A stretch of 64,000 nt of DNA from Tubiluchus corallicola (GCA_030141605.1 JAQGDQ010001060.1:1-64000); one strand, 5' to 3'; shown: positions 23,901 through 38,600, counted from the stretch's first letter. The notes: generated from the letters alone by a model not told the origin. Translations and numbers: made by a program.

Positions 23901-25623
23901 CAATCTCACGTCGGCAAGTAGCATCTCAAGCGGGCGCAAGTACTACATTTCGTTTTTGGTGTGTATTCGTCCGCCGAATAAATACACTATTTACTGTAAA
24001 TGGTAATTTTTTATGATTTATAATATTCTTTGAAAACCCGCGAAACAGTGAGTCCGCGATAAACGAACCGCAAAGTACCGAGAGGACACTGTATTTGTTT
24101 GCCGTACTTCATTAGTATTTAATGTTTAATGCAGCACACACTATGTTTTCATTATTCAGATTGATAAAACACGGGAAATTGATGATTTAGAAGGCCGAGT
24201 TTGGGCAGAGTCAAAAGGTTTCCACTATTGCGAAATGTCTGCTCAAAGTGGACAAGGAATTAGTGAAATGTTCGAGGTAGTATAACAGTCTTATAGTCAT
24301 AAGCCATATAGCCATATTGTTCATTTTATTATGAATTAAGCAGTATAGGTTTTGTAAACACAAATATTTAAAAATTAAAGGGTCAACTACCAGTTGCTTC
24401 AAACAATAGACAATATAGCTATTGTGAAATGAAACAGCAAATCGTGGATTAAATTGTTAAAGAGCTTTCATAATCGTTTTTAATTTTCAAAAACGTTTAA
24501 ACAATGGCATTGCAAAACCAAGAACATAAAACTAGCCCTATAGCATGATCATTAACAAATTCACGAACTACCTTCATCACATTTATAGTTAAGTTGCGAT
24601 TTGCAAACACCACAGCAGCCTTTTGTATTTGTTATGGACAACTAGAGTGAAATGTGCATGCAAAATAGTTAAATATACATTTTATTGATTATTCCAGACA
24701 CTGTTTAGTGAAGTGGTTAGCACTGTAGAGAATGGAGTGAAAAACTCTGTGACACCCGGACTGAATATGGAAACCATGGCTGACTTGGGTTACACCAAAG
24801 AACAAATCGAGGCTATTCATCGACTCAAATACAACAAAAATCATTACGAAAAACTGGGGCTAAAGCCGGGAGCATCAAGGTAATTTACAGGAGGTGAATT
24901 TCCAGATAAGACGAAACAAAAATTTACTTAAAAGGTGCTAAATGTTTTTGTTGCTGGTTTTTTTAAAGAGATTTGACAAACATTTTTGGATTTTTCATTC
25001 CCGGATAATATGTTAGTTCTTAAATTGCTTTCGTCCCAATATTGGGTTTAGTTTGACAGGCATTTTAGAAAAGTGCTGTCTAAACGCTGTAGACAACTTC
25101 TTAGTAGCTTTTTGTCAGAAGCAACATTCTTCTTCTTCACGACACTCATTACTAAAATTTGTGAAATGTAGGTTTAAATAACGATCTCATTTTAGCATGC
25201 TGTAGCACTGAATGGAGATTCACAGATTCTGCAAGCTTAAGCGGCATTTTGTCATTTTTGCTAAAAGTATAATAGAGTTTGCAATGATAGAGGAAAAGTT
25301 TTCTTGATGTTTATGTACATGCACAGTTCTTCATTACATTTACTCATTTGCTTATGTAATTTTTAACAGAATAGATGAAATGAAAAATAAAGTTTTGGTA
25401 ATTATAAGAGAAGGGATTTTCTTGAATGTTTTTGTTCAAAAACATTAAAGAGGTAATGGATGCTACCATGCTATCATTTGCCTGTTGCAGAGATGAAATT
25501 AACAAAGCATACAGACGATTAGCAGTTATTCTTCACCCGGATAAGAGTGTAGCACCTGGAAGCGAGGAGGCATTTAAAATTTTAGTGAAAGTGCGAACTG
25601 TCCTACTAAACGTTGCTAGGTAA
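17948..25623 (+). CDS. DNAJC27: DnaJ homolog subfamily C member 27 (RBJ; Rab-like RJL GTPase plus C-terminal J domain), 7 coding exons
   Basis: Exons 17948-18022, 21311-21393, 22337-22406, 23130-23294, 24160-24276, 24698-24879, 25491-25623. LRIKIISMGNAKVGKSCIIKRYCEKRFVSKYMATIGIDYGVTK...FDMAGHPIFYEVRNEFY...VCANKID...AYRRLAVILHPDKSVAPGSEEAFK. An acceptor at 17880 implies an upstream 5' UTR exon. Confidence 0.96.
18682..21061 (-). mobile_element. Full-length Tigger/pogo DNA transposon in DNAJC27 intron 1
   Basis: 26 bp perfect TIRs cagtctaacctcgttatctcgcccct, TA on both sides (18680-18681, 21062-21063), subterminal ggcgag(ataac) repeats, internal transposase. Confidence 0.96.
19186..20703 (-). 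pseudogene. Tigger/pogo (CENP-B HTH + DDE_1) transposase with two frameshifts
   Basis: ORF pieces 20703-19660, 19825-19580, 19524-19186; motifs SNGWLQRFK, YNLDETGLF, MDNAPCH, FLPPTTTSHLQPMDAGII, KQSSLLNYF; frameshifts near 19840 and 19585. Confidence 0.92.
21625..22308. mobile_element. Non-autonomous DNA element (hAT-like TAGGGATG end, TTCGAATA subterminal repeats) in DNAJC27 intron 2
   Basis: Ends in gcacatcccta; repeated attcgaata; the body is homologous in reverse orientation to 35026-35755 (shared pseudo-translation KTI.HLCC.MAEK.SF.C). Confidence 0.6.
23634..24091. mobile_element. Tigger/pogo-type MITE in DNAJC27 intron 4
   Basis: TA|cagtgttccctcacttatcgcgg ... ccgcaaagtaccgagaggacactg|TA; imperfect TIRs, internal ccgcgataa repeats, no coding capacity. 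Confidence 0.8.
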
Positions 25624-27838
25624 CGAAACAATACCTTAGAAGATTGGACGGTATTTGATATCTGTTTCATCATTCGTTGTCATTGACAGTTTTCTTTTTG
25701 TGGTCATTTCTCCTAGTCGAGTGTTCTTAATGTTATATCATTTGTTGTCTTTGACAATATTTTTGTGGCCAGTTCTCCTAGTCAAGTGTTCTTAGAATTT
25801 AACTGCCATAATGGCCTATTGCTGAAGATATTTTCGAAAATGATGATACTACAAAAATTTCTTTCTATCAAAATTATTTCTGACAAATCTGATTCACATT
25901 ACTATGTATTAACTTTGTGTAATTATTGAAGTTCTTTTATATTTTCATTGTGGTTTTTTACATTTTTGTTTTGCAGGAATACTTTTACATTTATACATAA
26001 TATTCTTATAGATAAACTTTTAGCACAAATACGATTTGCTTTCATAATTAGCTCTGGTATTTGTTCTTGTATTTATTAAAATACAATATATATTGTACGT
26101 GCAGCTGCAGAGTCACTGTGTAACTTGAACTATATGTAAAAACATCTATGTTATATGTGTCAGTGTCTGAGATAAAATTTGTACCAAAAGCTATGTAGAA
26201 TTGATTTTTTAATAACTAAATCACTTATGCTTCGTAAATCTTCCAACATGAATATTTGCAAGACCCTTCGGCAGTTCTGTAGTTACTGTATTATGCATTT
26301 AAAAATATAGTTTTTATTTCCACCTGCCACTAACTTTACTTACATTCATTTTTGCCACGTGAGCAAATGAAAATCATGTGCGCTATTTTTCAACAATAGT
26401 CATTATAGTGCTGTGCTGAACTGAATAATACTGCATTCTTACACTCTGGTAGAATTTGACATGGCACAAATTTGTTGATTTTTGCTTACAAGTAAAGCCT
26501 TAGTTAACATAGCAGCTCGGTACATGTACAAGTGTAAACTTAATTTTTGATTTGCAGCCTTGCAGCTTATTATTTATGAGATAACAGGTAATCTTTAAAG
26601 TCATCAATTGTATGCATTCTTTATGATTCTTAAATGATATAATCATCTGATAATTATATACTAAGTGAACATAGTACTGTAGGCTTTTACTTAATTTCCA
26701 TTTTAAATGCATATTGTCCTTGTCAAAAGCGAGTGCGTGAGTTGGTAGGGGCATTTGTGCCAAAATTTCTTTAAAATATTTTGCAGTTTTTCAAATTTGT
26801 TTCAATGGGCGTCAGAATCGGTGATTGTTCATGCTCGAATGATGATGATGATGATTATGGTGGTGATGATTTATGTTACATTTCGGATCTAGTTTTCTTT
26901 GTTTGTCTCAAAGTGCCAAATTCTCTTGCACAAATATAATTTGCTAACAAAGCACTGAAGACTATTTTAATTGTATATACATTTTTGGAGTTGGTGCTAA
27001 TCTAAATCATATCAGTAAAGATCTTTGGTAGAGTTACACATTTCCAGCAGCTAATACTTTTCAATAAATGTAAAATTTTTGATAAATGCTATTTTTGTAA
27101 ATTGTACATTTCACTTTCTGTTATCATTCTATGCAGAATTGCTTAAAATGGCTAGCTAAATGTATGACTTACAATCTCATTTTTATACTTTTTTACAACT
27201 GCATAATGTTTTTGTTAGAATTCGTTTTTATATAAACAATGTTAATTTACTGGTTATGCCAAATGAAATTTTGATAAATATTTAATAAATGTTTTGTTGA
27301 ACTGTATACCTTTCTCGAAAAGCAATAAGTCTAAAGGCATACATTATCAATTGTATGGCTTTTTGCAAAATAATAAAAGCAGCAACTACTACAAGCACTA
27401 TTGCGAGTTTTAACTACATTGAAATTAAATGTACTCATATTTGTGGCTTTGCATCTTGGTATTTCTCACCAATTACAACAAAGTTTGCATGTCAAAAATT
27501 GCCTCTTCATTTTGTTATAAAAAATCTTGTAGCCTGAAAGATATTGCTTAGAATATTAAAAAACATAATTCTATCCATATTTTGCCGATAAACAGTAAAT
27601 TGCTATATAAAAGTTGCTAATTACCATGCATCAAGTAACGTAACCTATATTTGCAAAATGAGTCAGGGGGATGCTAAAACATCAACTACTTGACAAGAAT
27701 AAAAGCAATACGTCACATCATAAAAATGTGTTTTATTAATATGTTAAATAAATATACCATTAGTTTAAACAAGAATTTAACAAGAAATGCACAAAATATT
27801 TAGCGCTCGTAATCTAGCACTACATCGTGGCACGTTAA

Positions 27839-28377
27839 AGGAAGACCGGACGATTGTTTAGACTCAATCTCATTTTTATTTACCGTGCAAAATATACATT
27901 TTCTTGCCTAGAAAAGTTAACAATTGTTCCTTATATTTGAATAATTTGCTTAGAAGGTTAATTAACGGCAACCGAACACAGCTATTGCTTACATCAGAAA
28001 CTAACCACAGTTTGTGCAACGGCAGGCGTCTTCTTTTGCGCGTCAAGCACATTTGCATAGGTGTTACAGTACTGCTTAAATGCCTGATGTCGCGAAAATT
28101 GGGATTTACATGATATGACATCGCGAAACTAACAGCAATTCATGATCATGGTACAGCCTTTTATTTGTCGGCCACGCGCACGTGCCAAAAAGGTGCCGCT
28201 GCCAAACTTAGTAGATTCACCGAGCCGCGTGTAGCTTTGAAAGTTTAACGAAATTTGAGTATCCGAGGTAATTATTATTTAAACCAAGCTTTGATTTAAA
28301 ATAAGTTATTGTAGTTTTCAATATTTTAGAGCATTCTTTATTCTGAACTCGTGTTTACACAATCATCCGGTTTTCCT
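27839..28377. mobile_element. TTAA-flanked MITE (Kolobok-like termini)
   Basis: ttaa|aggaagaccggacgattgt ... acaatcatccggttttcct|ttaa; about 30 bp imperfect TIR. Confidence 0.75.
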
Positions 28378-29645
28378 TTAAGATCAACTAAGTGAGACAC
28401 ACAACAGTTTTGTCATATTCGAACTTAGAAAAATTACAATCACATGAGATACATACAGTCGAGTAAAATTCTGACACTCGTACAGCTTGCATTCCACACT
28501 TTCTCGTGGATGAAAAAAATGGTTCAGAGTAAAACTTCTTTGATATGCCACAGTGCCGCAAAAGTATTTAACAAAATTGCTATCTGTGCAGAGAAAAATT
28601 CTGAATTATATTTATGCTGGGAGAAAAACAAGTTATCTATTTTCCAGAAATATCTATTGCAGTAAGAAATTATAGCAGTCAATGCCGGGCAAATGAAAGT
28701 TACATTCTTTTCACACAATTTAAAATAGTCAACAAAGTCAACAGTTAATTATTTTTAACACTGCCTGATAACATATGCATTCTTAATAGATCATGGGCCA
28801 GACGAGATAACAATACCACCTCGGAGGACACAACATTACATAGCCTAAATTATTAGAAGGATCAATATACATAAATTAGTACAATAAACTTTTGACAAGG
28901 GTAGTTTTTCGTATTTCTCAGACACCTTCATTGTTTCCAGGTTGCATCATTTACCAACAGCGCATAACCATGAAAATGATAATAGCAATTACATAATTTG
29001 GAGAATGAAAATCAATAAATGTTATACATAAAATGTTACTCAAAGCAATGAAAGAAATGTGCTTGAATTTTTATATACACTTTTGAGATTCAGTTCTTCA
29101 AACAACACTAAGTGATTGGCAAAAGTAGCATAATTGCAAGTAATCTAGACACAAAAAATGACATGGAGAGAAGTTTTCTAAAAAAAGCTTTTTCGGTTAG
29201 AAGACAAAGTCCAGCACTTCAAGAGGCAATACCATTAATAAGATGCCAGCTAATATGCTTTATCATATACAAAATGTAGATAAGTATAAAAAATAAAAAA
29301 TGCATCTAACATTTGACCCTAGAGATGATACCGACACTAGAAATTTTGAATGTTGGCATATGAACTGTAGTAACAATGCTCAGCTTGACAACCAAAACAA
29401 ATGGTACGACTGGTAGAAAAGAAATTGCCCAGTCCAGTAATTAGCAAAACGATGGCAGTACCTATCAAGAAGCACCTATCTGAAATTTGCAAAATACAAA
29501 GACCACCATAGCACAATTTATCACTTTAACTATCAAGTGTACAATCTATACCTGTCCTATACAATCTATAACGAAATAAATTGTCCTCATTAATGTTTGC
29601 TCACTGCTAACGGTATTATAAAAAAAATCCCAATTGATTAGAAAC

Positions 29646-32600
29646 TTAAAATGCACATGACTTGCGAGCATTACCATCCTCAGGTGTTAGTGTAGAAGGC
29701 AATGAAGGCAAACATGAAAATGGAGGATTTGTCTCTAACTGCTTCCGGTAGCTTTCAGCATCAAATGCTTCGATGTTCTGTAAAAAAGGAAACAGGTCAA
29801 TGGAAACCATTGTGAAATAAAAAAGAAACAGATCCGTGCAAACTGCAAAGTGTAAGCAAAACAGTGACTCATAATTTGCACCCAAATAGTTATTAACATG
29901 TTCAAAAGTAAAAAGAAGTGTATCCTATAGATACAAATAATGAGATATTTTTGAAAAACTTAATGGCAAGTGAACAATTTAATGGTTTAGACCTTACTTT
30001 TCTCACAATAAGAGGTACATCACGAGCAAGACGAGGAAGTTCACGAGGTGTCACTCTACAAAATGGTGATGCTGAGCACATCAAAAGGAAATCACGAGAA
30101 TACACAATGTTGTTAGATGTGCAAGTGCTGCCCTCATCTGCAAAAATCCAAATTAAAGCAATAAACATCAACTATTACTATAACTGAAACTACCATTTAC
30201 TGATTAACACCAGTTATCGACAAAATACATAACAAAAGTGTCGGAGTCATGCAAAACAGTCCCAAAAACAAATCACAAGATATTATGAAAAACAAAAAAA
30301 CCCATAGTGTCTGAATAATCTGCATTTCAGCTAAAATAATATAGGAAACATGTTGTTCAACAAACAACCCATTAGGTCATTTGCTCAGACTGCATAATAT
30401 GTTGCAACATATAAAAACATAAGTCATAAAAGAAGAAGATTTGCAGTACTGGTAACAAAACTTCAAAAACATTAAGAAAAAGTGAACTTGAAAACTCACT
30501 AATCACCGCGGCTTCGTTGTGCTGAGTATTACCATCATTGCATGTTAAATCAATTGTATTACTAATATCCGGTGGAGCAGAGTTGCGGTTTGCACGCTGC
30601 TCGTTCACTGTTTTAGCAAACTGTGCACGTCTGCTCTTTCCACTAGTTTGACTAGATGCATCAGATTTTTCAGCGACGTGAAAAGCTTTAGGTGAACTGT
30701 TTGGAAATAGCGGCTGCCTTATTACAACCATCTATAGTAGCATAAAAAAAGATTAGACAATTTATAGAAAAGAATCTGCTAATCATTATTATATAAAATT
30801 ATCAAGAAAACAGATTGTTATGCAAGTTTCATTTTTTCCTGTCAAAAGAAATTCTCAGAACTGATTTCACATAAACAAAATCCACCAAAAACATCTGCAA
30901 CTCAATCGTGAATCACAAAATTGCAAAATCAATTTTTTTACTTTTGGTTACTTAGTTCAGCGTAGTTCGCAATTCTTAAATACTTCCTAGTTTTAGTACT
31001 TTTAAAAGTTTAGCATTTTGTAATGATAATGCCTAATATTTGTTTTGATAAAGTATTTGTTCCTCTTTGTTTTCATTTGTTTATTTAATCTCTTTGTCAT
31101 GTAAAACGTTGCTTAAATTTTAGTTTTTTTTCCATAGCTTACCATATAAAATGGGGCCTAAATCTTAGTTTTTTCCATTAGTTTTAGTTTATTTAGTTTT
31201 CGGTTGTTTCTTGATTTATATAACGTTATTGCCATTATTAGTATTTACCTTTTGAAAATATATGAAAAATAAATACCATATCTATCACTTCAAGACCCAA
31301 AACTAACATTAAGCGTGTCTGATTTTCAAAACATTGTTTGAAGCACTTACTGTAAGGATGAAAACATGACTTTATAATTACAACAATATCCGATCATTAA
31401 TCATAGAGCTCACCTGCTGAGGATATGCAGTTTGATAACCATAAGCTAGATCCAGATGTGCAGCCGGATGATCTAACATTGAAGAACGATTCTGTTTCAC
31501 AGGAAAACAAGATTTGCGAAGAAGTAATGGTGAAGTTTGTGGCTGGTTCATCTAACAAAATTTAAACTTATACTAACATTTTAACATCTTAAAGAAAACA
31601 GCCACAAAGAAAAAAATGCAAATGTCACAACTTCAAATTCCAATTGTTGTAAGTAGAAAACTTCCTATCTATTTCAAAAAATACATGTATACAGTTGCTG
31701 GTCTAAGGATAATATACAGTAAAATACTGTATGTACTTTAAATGTATGAATACAATAATATCACGTCAAATTTAGAAAAAACAGTAACAAATACTACGAA
31801 AACTTTAGTTCAAACCAACATTTAAATTTGCCTCGCTTCAATACTGCACGTAGTCTGTTACTACATACGCTTTGACTACAAGATAACTAAAATATGCCTT
31901 CTTGCCCTCAAATACTTACGGTCAACTCATTCAATTTAGTTTTTGTTAGATGTTTAAGTAAACAAATTCAAGTTTCCAAACTCTGTCAAAAAACTAAAAA
32001 CTAATCTGCCCTTGATATATATATATATATATCACTATTTTATTGAAAAATTACCGTAAGTTCTATTGCCACACATAACTTACTTAGCCCTTGTCAGACA
32101 AATACAGAGATACAATATTTTGATAATGAAACCACTTACAAAACGTCAAATAATGTAATCTACAAAACATTTTGGAAACACTTCCATAAACAAAACATCA
32201 ACAATTACTAAAAAGCATGCAAGCAAAACTGTGCATAAACTTATTGAGACACGTTCAAAACACTTAAAATGAAACAACCTCAGAGTACATTCTCAAAGTC
32301 ATGATAAAAATATTTACCAAGTCACTAAAACACTTATTATATAACAGCTACACCTACATTTTGCGACACAATGATCCAAACTGTACACATAAAAAGCAAA
32401 ATGATACTGAGATTAATGAAACCAAGGAAAGCAATAATTATCAAAACAGTGTTATGACATGCTGGCCTTTTGATTAAGCAACAAACAAATGTAGCTACAT
32501 TTTTGAAAAAGACAATAGCCGTTAGCATTTTTAACATGGAGACTCTATATAGAATCACTTTATGTGTGCAGACTTATTCATAATTAATTGCAGAACGACC

Positions 32601-35600
32601 AAATTAACATACTAGTCTTGAACTAATTATTTTTATGAACTTATATTCATTTTTCACCTTATACATACCTACAAACTGTCAGCGATATGCAGTGACACAT
32701 ACACTACATGCCACATGCATACATATAATTTATGAATATAAACTCACTGAGTAGAAGACTAGAGGTACCTTCATCGGTGACGAGGGTGACAATACAGTAC
32801 TGCTGGTGACTGTTGCTGGACCTTGCAGATGAGAAGACACCACTGTGCTTTCTGTATGAAGATCTGGTGAAGTGTACGATCTTGTTCGATTATTAGTACC
32901 AGACGGTGAATACTTCTTCAACTTTTTTTCTATTTCTGAAAAACATTTATCTTTTATATAGTTATTTAAGATGCACACTTGCAAGTTTCAATTTTGTACA
33001 AAGTAAAAAGTAAAGGGATAACTGGCATGCAAAAAGCTGCGAGATTAATACTGTATTATTTGGACAAGTATTAGTGAAATTATAATAGATATTATAATAT
33101 CACCGCACACTCCACATACAGCATTTTTAAGTAGAAAGCCAGCTGAGGCTATTATATTACTATTACTACACTTTAAAACCTGCAATGGCTACAACTCAAA
33201 AAAGCATTTAGCAAACATTTCAGTAGCTCAAATTAGAAAAAGGAAGTTTGGTTTCACTTAAACAAATAAATAAAATGGAAATTCTTGCCATAAAAATCCA
33301 AAAAATCAAACAAAAACTCTTAAAGAGAGTTTCTGTCACGGCAGATATTACAGCAAATTGTGTTGTAATTATAATTTGTTTTGCAGGTCTAAAAATTAAA
33401 ACTATCTAAACGATTAAAGTTCTAAAGTTGTACTAAAAACAAATTAAAAATATCTGAGCAAAACAACATCACAAAGCGGATTTAAATTTGGCCTTACCTT
33501 GGCCTCAATAAGCCATCTGCTACAAATGAACTAGTACATTCTTACTCCTTAACATCAGCAATAATGCTGCATTAAACAAATGAAACAGTGTAGATCTGAA
33601 AGTTTTGCACAACAACGAAAAACTAAAAGACAAGTTTCAACAATTTTGTACCTTGATGTTTAGAATTAAATTTCCTATCTCCCGATTCTTTATTTGCTTG
33701 ATGATCATCAGAAATAGATCTGAAAAAAGTACAGTTCAAACTATAGTGAAACAAGGACAGAAAGCACAAAAAGAGGTTGATAATTGAAAGCCAGGCAATG
33801 TGCTGGTGAGAATAAAAGATCTGCTCAACTTCTACTTCAGAAGAAAGGATCACAGAAAATGCAGCATATTACAAATTCACAAGACACACAAGCTATACGA
33901 AAGCATGAGATGACACAAAAAAGTTTCCAACTGCAAACCTTTTAATTTAGCACCTTGAATGATTACAAAACAACTCCACAAGAGTTAATATGTAATCTCT
34001 TAAATGGACATAAAAATGGAAATTCATTAATTTTCTACAGCAGGCTATATAATCCCTTTAGAAAGTAACAAAACAAAACAGCTTAGACAGTTTACCTTTT
34101 CCTACAGAATTCCTGGGTGGGATTCGCCCGTTCAGTATCACCATGACTACCAGGTTCTTCATCTCCACATTCACTCGACTGCCGAGATGAAAGCCGATTC
34201 TTACGTATTGGCGCACCACCAATCTTCCAATTAGAAATCTGCAGAAAAAGTTTGGTCATTTCAGATACAACAAACAAAATAGAACTATAAATAAACATGT
34301 GCATCAAAAACTTGGCAACTTTTCCCTTTTCATCATTTATACAATCACTATACCTCATTCAAAAACTAGCAAACTAGCATTTTCGAGAAGCAAAACTGAA
34401 AAAGCTAAATTTGCCACTGTCTTTATTAACACAGGCATATTTTTCTCTTCACAGAAAATTTGGCAAAGAAAACTAATTCAATGCAGTTTTTATAGAAACC
34501 TGACAAGCAAAAAATTTCCATTTCTCATGACAGAAAATTATCATGGAAACTTGCTCAAGTGAACTAGCCTTAATGCACAAATTTCCATTCTGTGAAGTTA
34601 TCCATATAATGCTAATTAAGGCTTCTAGCACATGTGATAAAATTATTTATGAAAAGTTCTAAAATGCAATTGGTTCCTTTTATTTTAGTTGTGCAAATTA
34701 CATGACTAAATGACATAGTATTTTACCTTATATCGTATTACATTACACTACAATACATTATATTACATTATATGATTGAAACATAAATTTAATGTTTAGC
34801 AAACCAACAACTGGACAGACAAATGACTTTCTTTTAATTAATTATCTTTATAAAATGACAGAATTTCCAAAACACTTGTAGAGTATTTGTAAGTAAAAAC
34901 ACACATACCTCTTCATTAGTTGGTGTCTGAAAAAAATAACGTAAATTTTGTCAATATTAAAACTACAGTTGATAACAAACTGTAATAAATATTATGCTTA
35001 TCATTTTCAAAATTAAAGCTTTTTTATGTGCACGAGTATTCAAATAATCAAGGCTTTGAATATTTTTTACTACTCAAATAATAAAATATTGTTCAAATAT
35101 CGATGCCAACCACTCACTTACAGAGACAAAAATCTCTCACGCCAAGCCAACATCGTTGTCACGATAAAAACAATCAGCCATCTTTGTTGCCGTATGGCAG
35201 AAAAAAAATCATTCCACTGTCAGCTTACTTCCCTGGATAATACTAATTCACTAAGAAGTCGAGCACATTTTTAGACATCCTTAATGGCATTAAAGGGCAA
35301 AGAAATTGGTATGGGAACATTTCCAAAAAATTCATTCAAACAGTGTAAAATGTTCATTATACAAAAACAAATAAAAAATCAACAAGCTTTACATTAAATT
35401 GTGTAGAGCTCATGTTCAGGTTAATGTAGTAATACTGCAGTAATTAATACTACAGTTCAGTCCACACAAGAAGGTGGGTGCAGATAAATTTATCTTTAAA
35501 GCTCAGCAGGTGGTCGTGACTTGCCAATTAACATAGCTCAGCCCAGACAACATCGTAGGTCTGCCTATATTTATCATTCCGACTAAACAATTAACAAACA

Positions 35601-38600
35601 CAGTAGTACAGTAACTGCTGTGCGTGTTTAAATATTTCTACGTGTAGGCACCACGATGAGCATGAAAGTAAAGTATGCTAGGGTCAAATGTTCGATTATT
35701 TGAATAACTTTTCCTTGAGTATTCGAATAATCAAATATTCAAACACTCTCACCCAATAATATACTGTTACAACATTTACCTTTGACTTCAGTTACAATGT
35801 TATCTATTTATTATTATGACTAAAGTTCGGCAAAAATTAGCACATGATCCTAAACAACAACTAAATCATTTCCCCTTGGCCCCGAATTGAAATACATAAG
35901 AACCTCTTCACTTCAATTCACATCGAAACTGCATGTGTGTATAATAGCAAACGATAAGAGTAATAAAAACAAATTTCCAAACAAATTTTACAGTTTATCT
36001 ATTAAGATGAAGAATAAATTTATTTTGATGTGCATACTGAACATTAAAACAGAAAAACTGCTTCTATAGTGCTATATGTGCACTAGAGTAAGCAAAAAGA
36101 TGCAGTAACAGATAAGAAATTTAGCTTATTAATAAGAAATAAATATCAAAATTATTATACAGTAGCAATATAATAAATGTCCACATAAAATTATGCCCAA
36201 TAGTAGTAAAATAATTTAAATACACTAGGTTGAGCCTGGTTAGTAAATGAATGGATGACTGTCTTATTTTGTCTCATCTTAGAGGATTTTGTGGATCCTG
36301 GATAATGATCTAACTTCAAGTCACCACAAGACATATGTGCATTAAGAAAGTAATGTTCACAACTTAAGAGTGCCACACTACATAAAAACTTGTGAGGAAA
36401 TTATGAGCAAAAATTCTTTATGTACAACAAATTAGGGTTTTACATGCATAGCAAAATAAATCAAGCTTCCTGAAATATTTAAGTGTTTGAAAGCTTGGAA
36501 AACCAAAATATGCACTGCAATAAGAAAATTATTCTTAAAAATTTATAAAACAAACAGACCTAGACATTTCCATGAAGTGTACATTTATTTTTTTTTACAA
36601 AATTGTACGATTAGTGCATTACGTATTTATTTTCAGTGAAGATTTTTGGATAATTTTTGTTCTGTTTTGCACTAAATCACGGACAGCATCACACTTGCAA
36701 AAAGCAATGGAAAAAGTCAAGAAGCGGCTATTGTGTCTTGAAGGAGAACAAAAGTTAGTGTCTTGACAGTGTGCACAAATGTAGATCCAAAAGTTTGTTA
36801 GAAAAGCAGGTAACTGGAACCGAGATACAGAAACCGAAAGTTAGCACCACCAGTGCCGGAACAGTACAAACATAGCTTCTGCTTAGAGCAAATCCTAGAA
36901 TAAGAACATGCTTCAGTGGGAATAAGTTTGTTTCTTCACAAAACTAATTATAATAATGGTGGTGAACTAAAACAAACAAGAATAAAGAGAATAAGGTAAA
37001 ACTAACCTTCGCATCATCCCCGTCTAAACTAAAATGTTGTTCTAAAACTTGCTTTGCTACCTGTAATAACAGTAAGCTGAAAACTCTAATTACAAATACA
37101 AGAATATTTTTCAGCAGTCATGCTATTACAGCACTGTAAACAAATGTCAATAACCGACAACAAAATACCAAAGCAAAATTTGACCTAAGGGCAGATACAC
37201 GAGTCAAAAGATACAAAGTATCTTACTTTTAGAATGTCTGCCCGACCGCACGCAAGTCTCAGCGTTGTATCTCTTATGACCAATGAACAACGATGAATGT
37301 ACTGAAATAAAAAAGCCAAAATAATGCTGAGCTCCATAGTGATAAGATACAAATTGTTTTCACTCAAAAAATTCTGCATTGAATGGAAGGCAAAAGCAAA
37401 AACTTGTGATATGAACCCAATTAAAAAAATAAATTGTTTATACGAGTATGTGGGTGTAACCTTTTTTCAATATTTTTCAATAGCATTTACCAATTGCCTA
37501 ACATTTTATAAATGCAAAGTATCGACATATTTGTGTCTCACTTCCATTATATCTTCCTAAATGTTTATTTTTTAATCAACATATTGGAGGAAACAAGAAA
37601 CTCGTTTCCAGCCATTTTTGCTAAATTTAAGAAGTTGTAATGTAGAGAACAGGACCATTTCAGTCATGTACTAGGCAGTCTGACACTGCCTTGAGAAACT
37701 AAAGTCTACTAGCAGCAAACTGATACACCACAGAATATCCAGTAAAAAAGTTTCCTCAAGGTTTATGACCCCTGTTTTTCAATACTGTATGTATACCTCA
37801 CTCTCCAAGATGTCACAAGGATCATCACTGGCTAAGCTATTCGCTGATGCATTCCTGCTACCCATAGATGTACCTGGCTTTCGGCCATCATCTGAACACA
37901 AACTAGATGTGCTTCCTAGTCTAGAAGCCTACAAATTTTTTTCAGGTTTAAAGTAATTAGATTTTCAAATTCACAACACATGTTTATGACAATAAATTTA
38001 ACTGTGAACAAGAGCATACATAATATACGTGTACAAAAAGTACAACTCTTACAACATGAGTCTATATAAATACACATTACATTAAACTAAGTACAAAAAA
38101 ACTAATGAAAATTGTAACAATATCTGAAACAAAATGTAACTATTCACAAATCCAAACAACACAAACAAGCTAAATTAGTAACATAAAGCTTTAAGATGAA
38201 GCTGACTAGGATTGCAAAAGTTTTTGCAAAATATTTCACTTTACACTAAGTATTATTACTAATTATACCAGTGGTTTTCTGGTTAAAGCACTTGAAAAAA
38301 CATTGTTACATACCCGCACAGGAGATGCATTACGCTTTATAGTATCTTCAATTAATGCTTTTGCTTGGCTAAAAAATAAAAAAGCAAATGTTGGTGATGA
38401 TAATACATTAAACAAGACTGCCAAACAGTTACAGCAATTTCAGTTTCAGAACAAGTGAACTTACATAATGTTCTCTTCTGATGGACCTGTTATTTGCACT
38501 GTCCTCTCCTTGGCACCCTGATTAGCTGAAAAACAGCAATTATTTTTACTAGAGTTCTCTAGTTTTTGATGAACAACTTAGAAGAATGTAATAAAAATAA

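Noticed and set aside
36694-36895. Exon-like GC-richer segment in a Mextli intron
   Set aside because: All three minus-strand frames hit stops; not needed for phase continuity.
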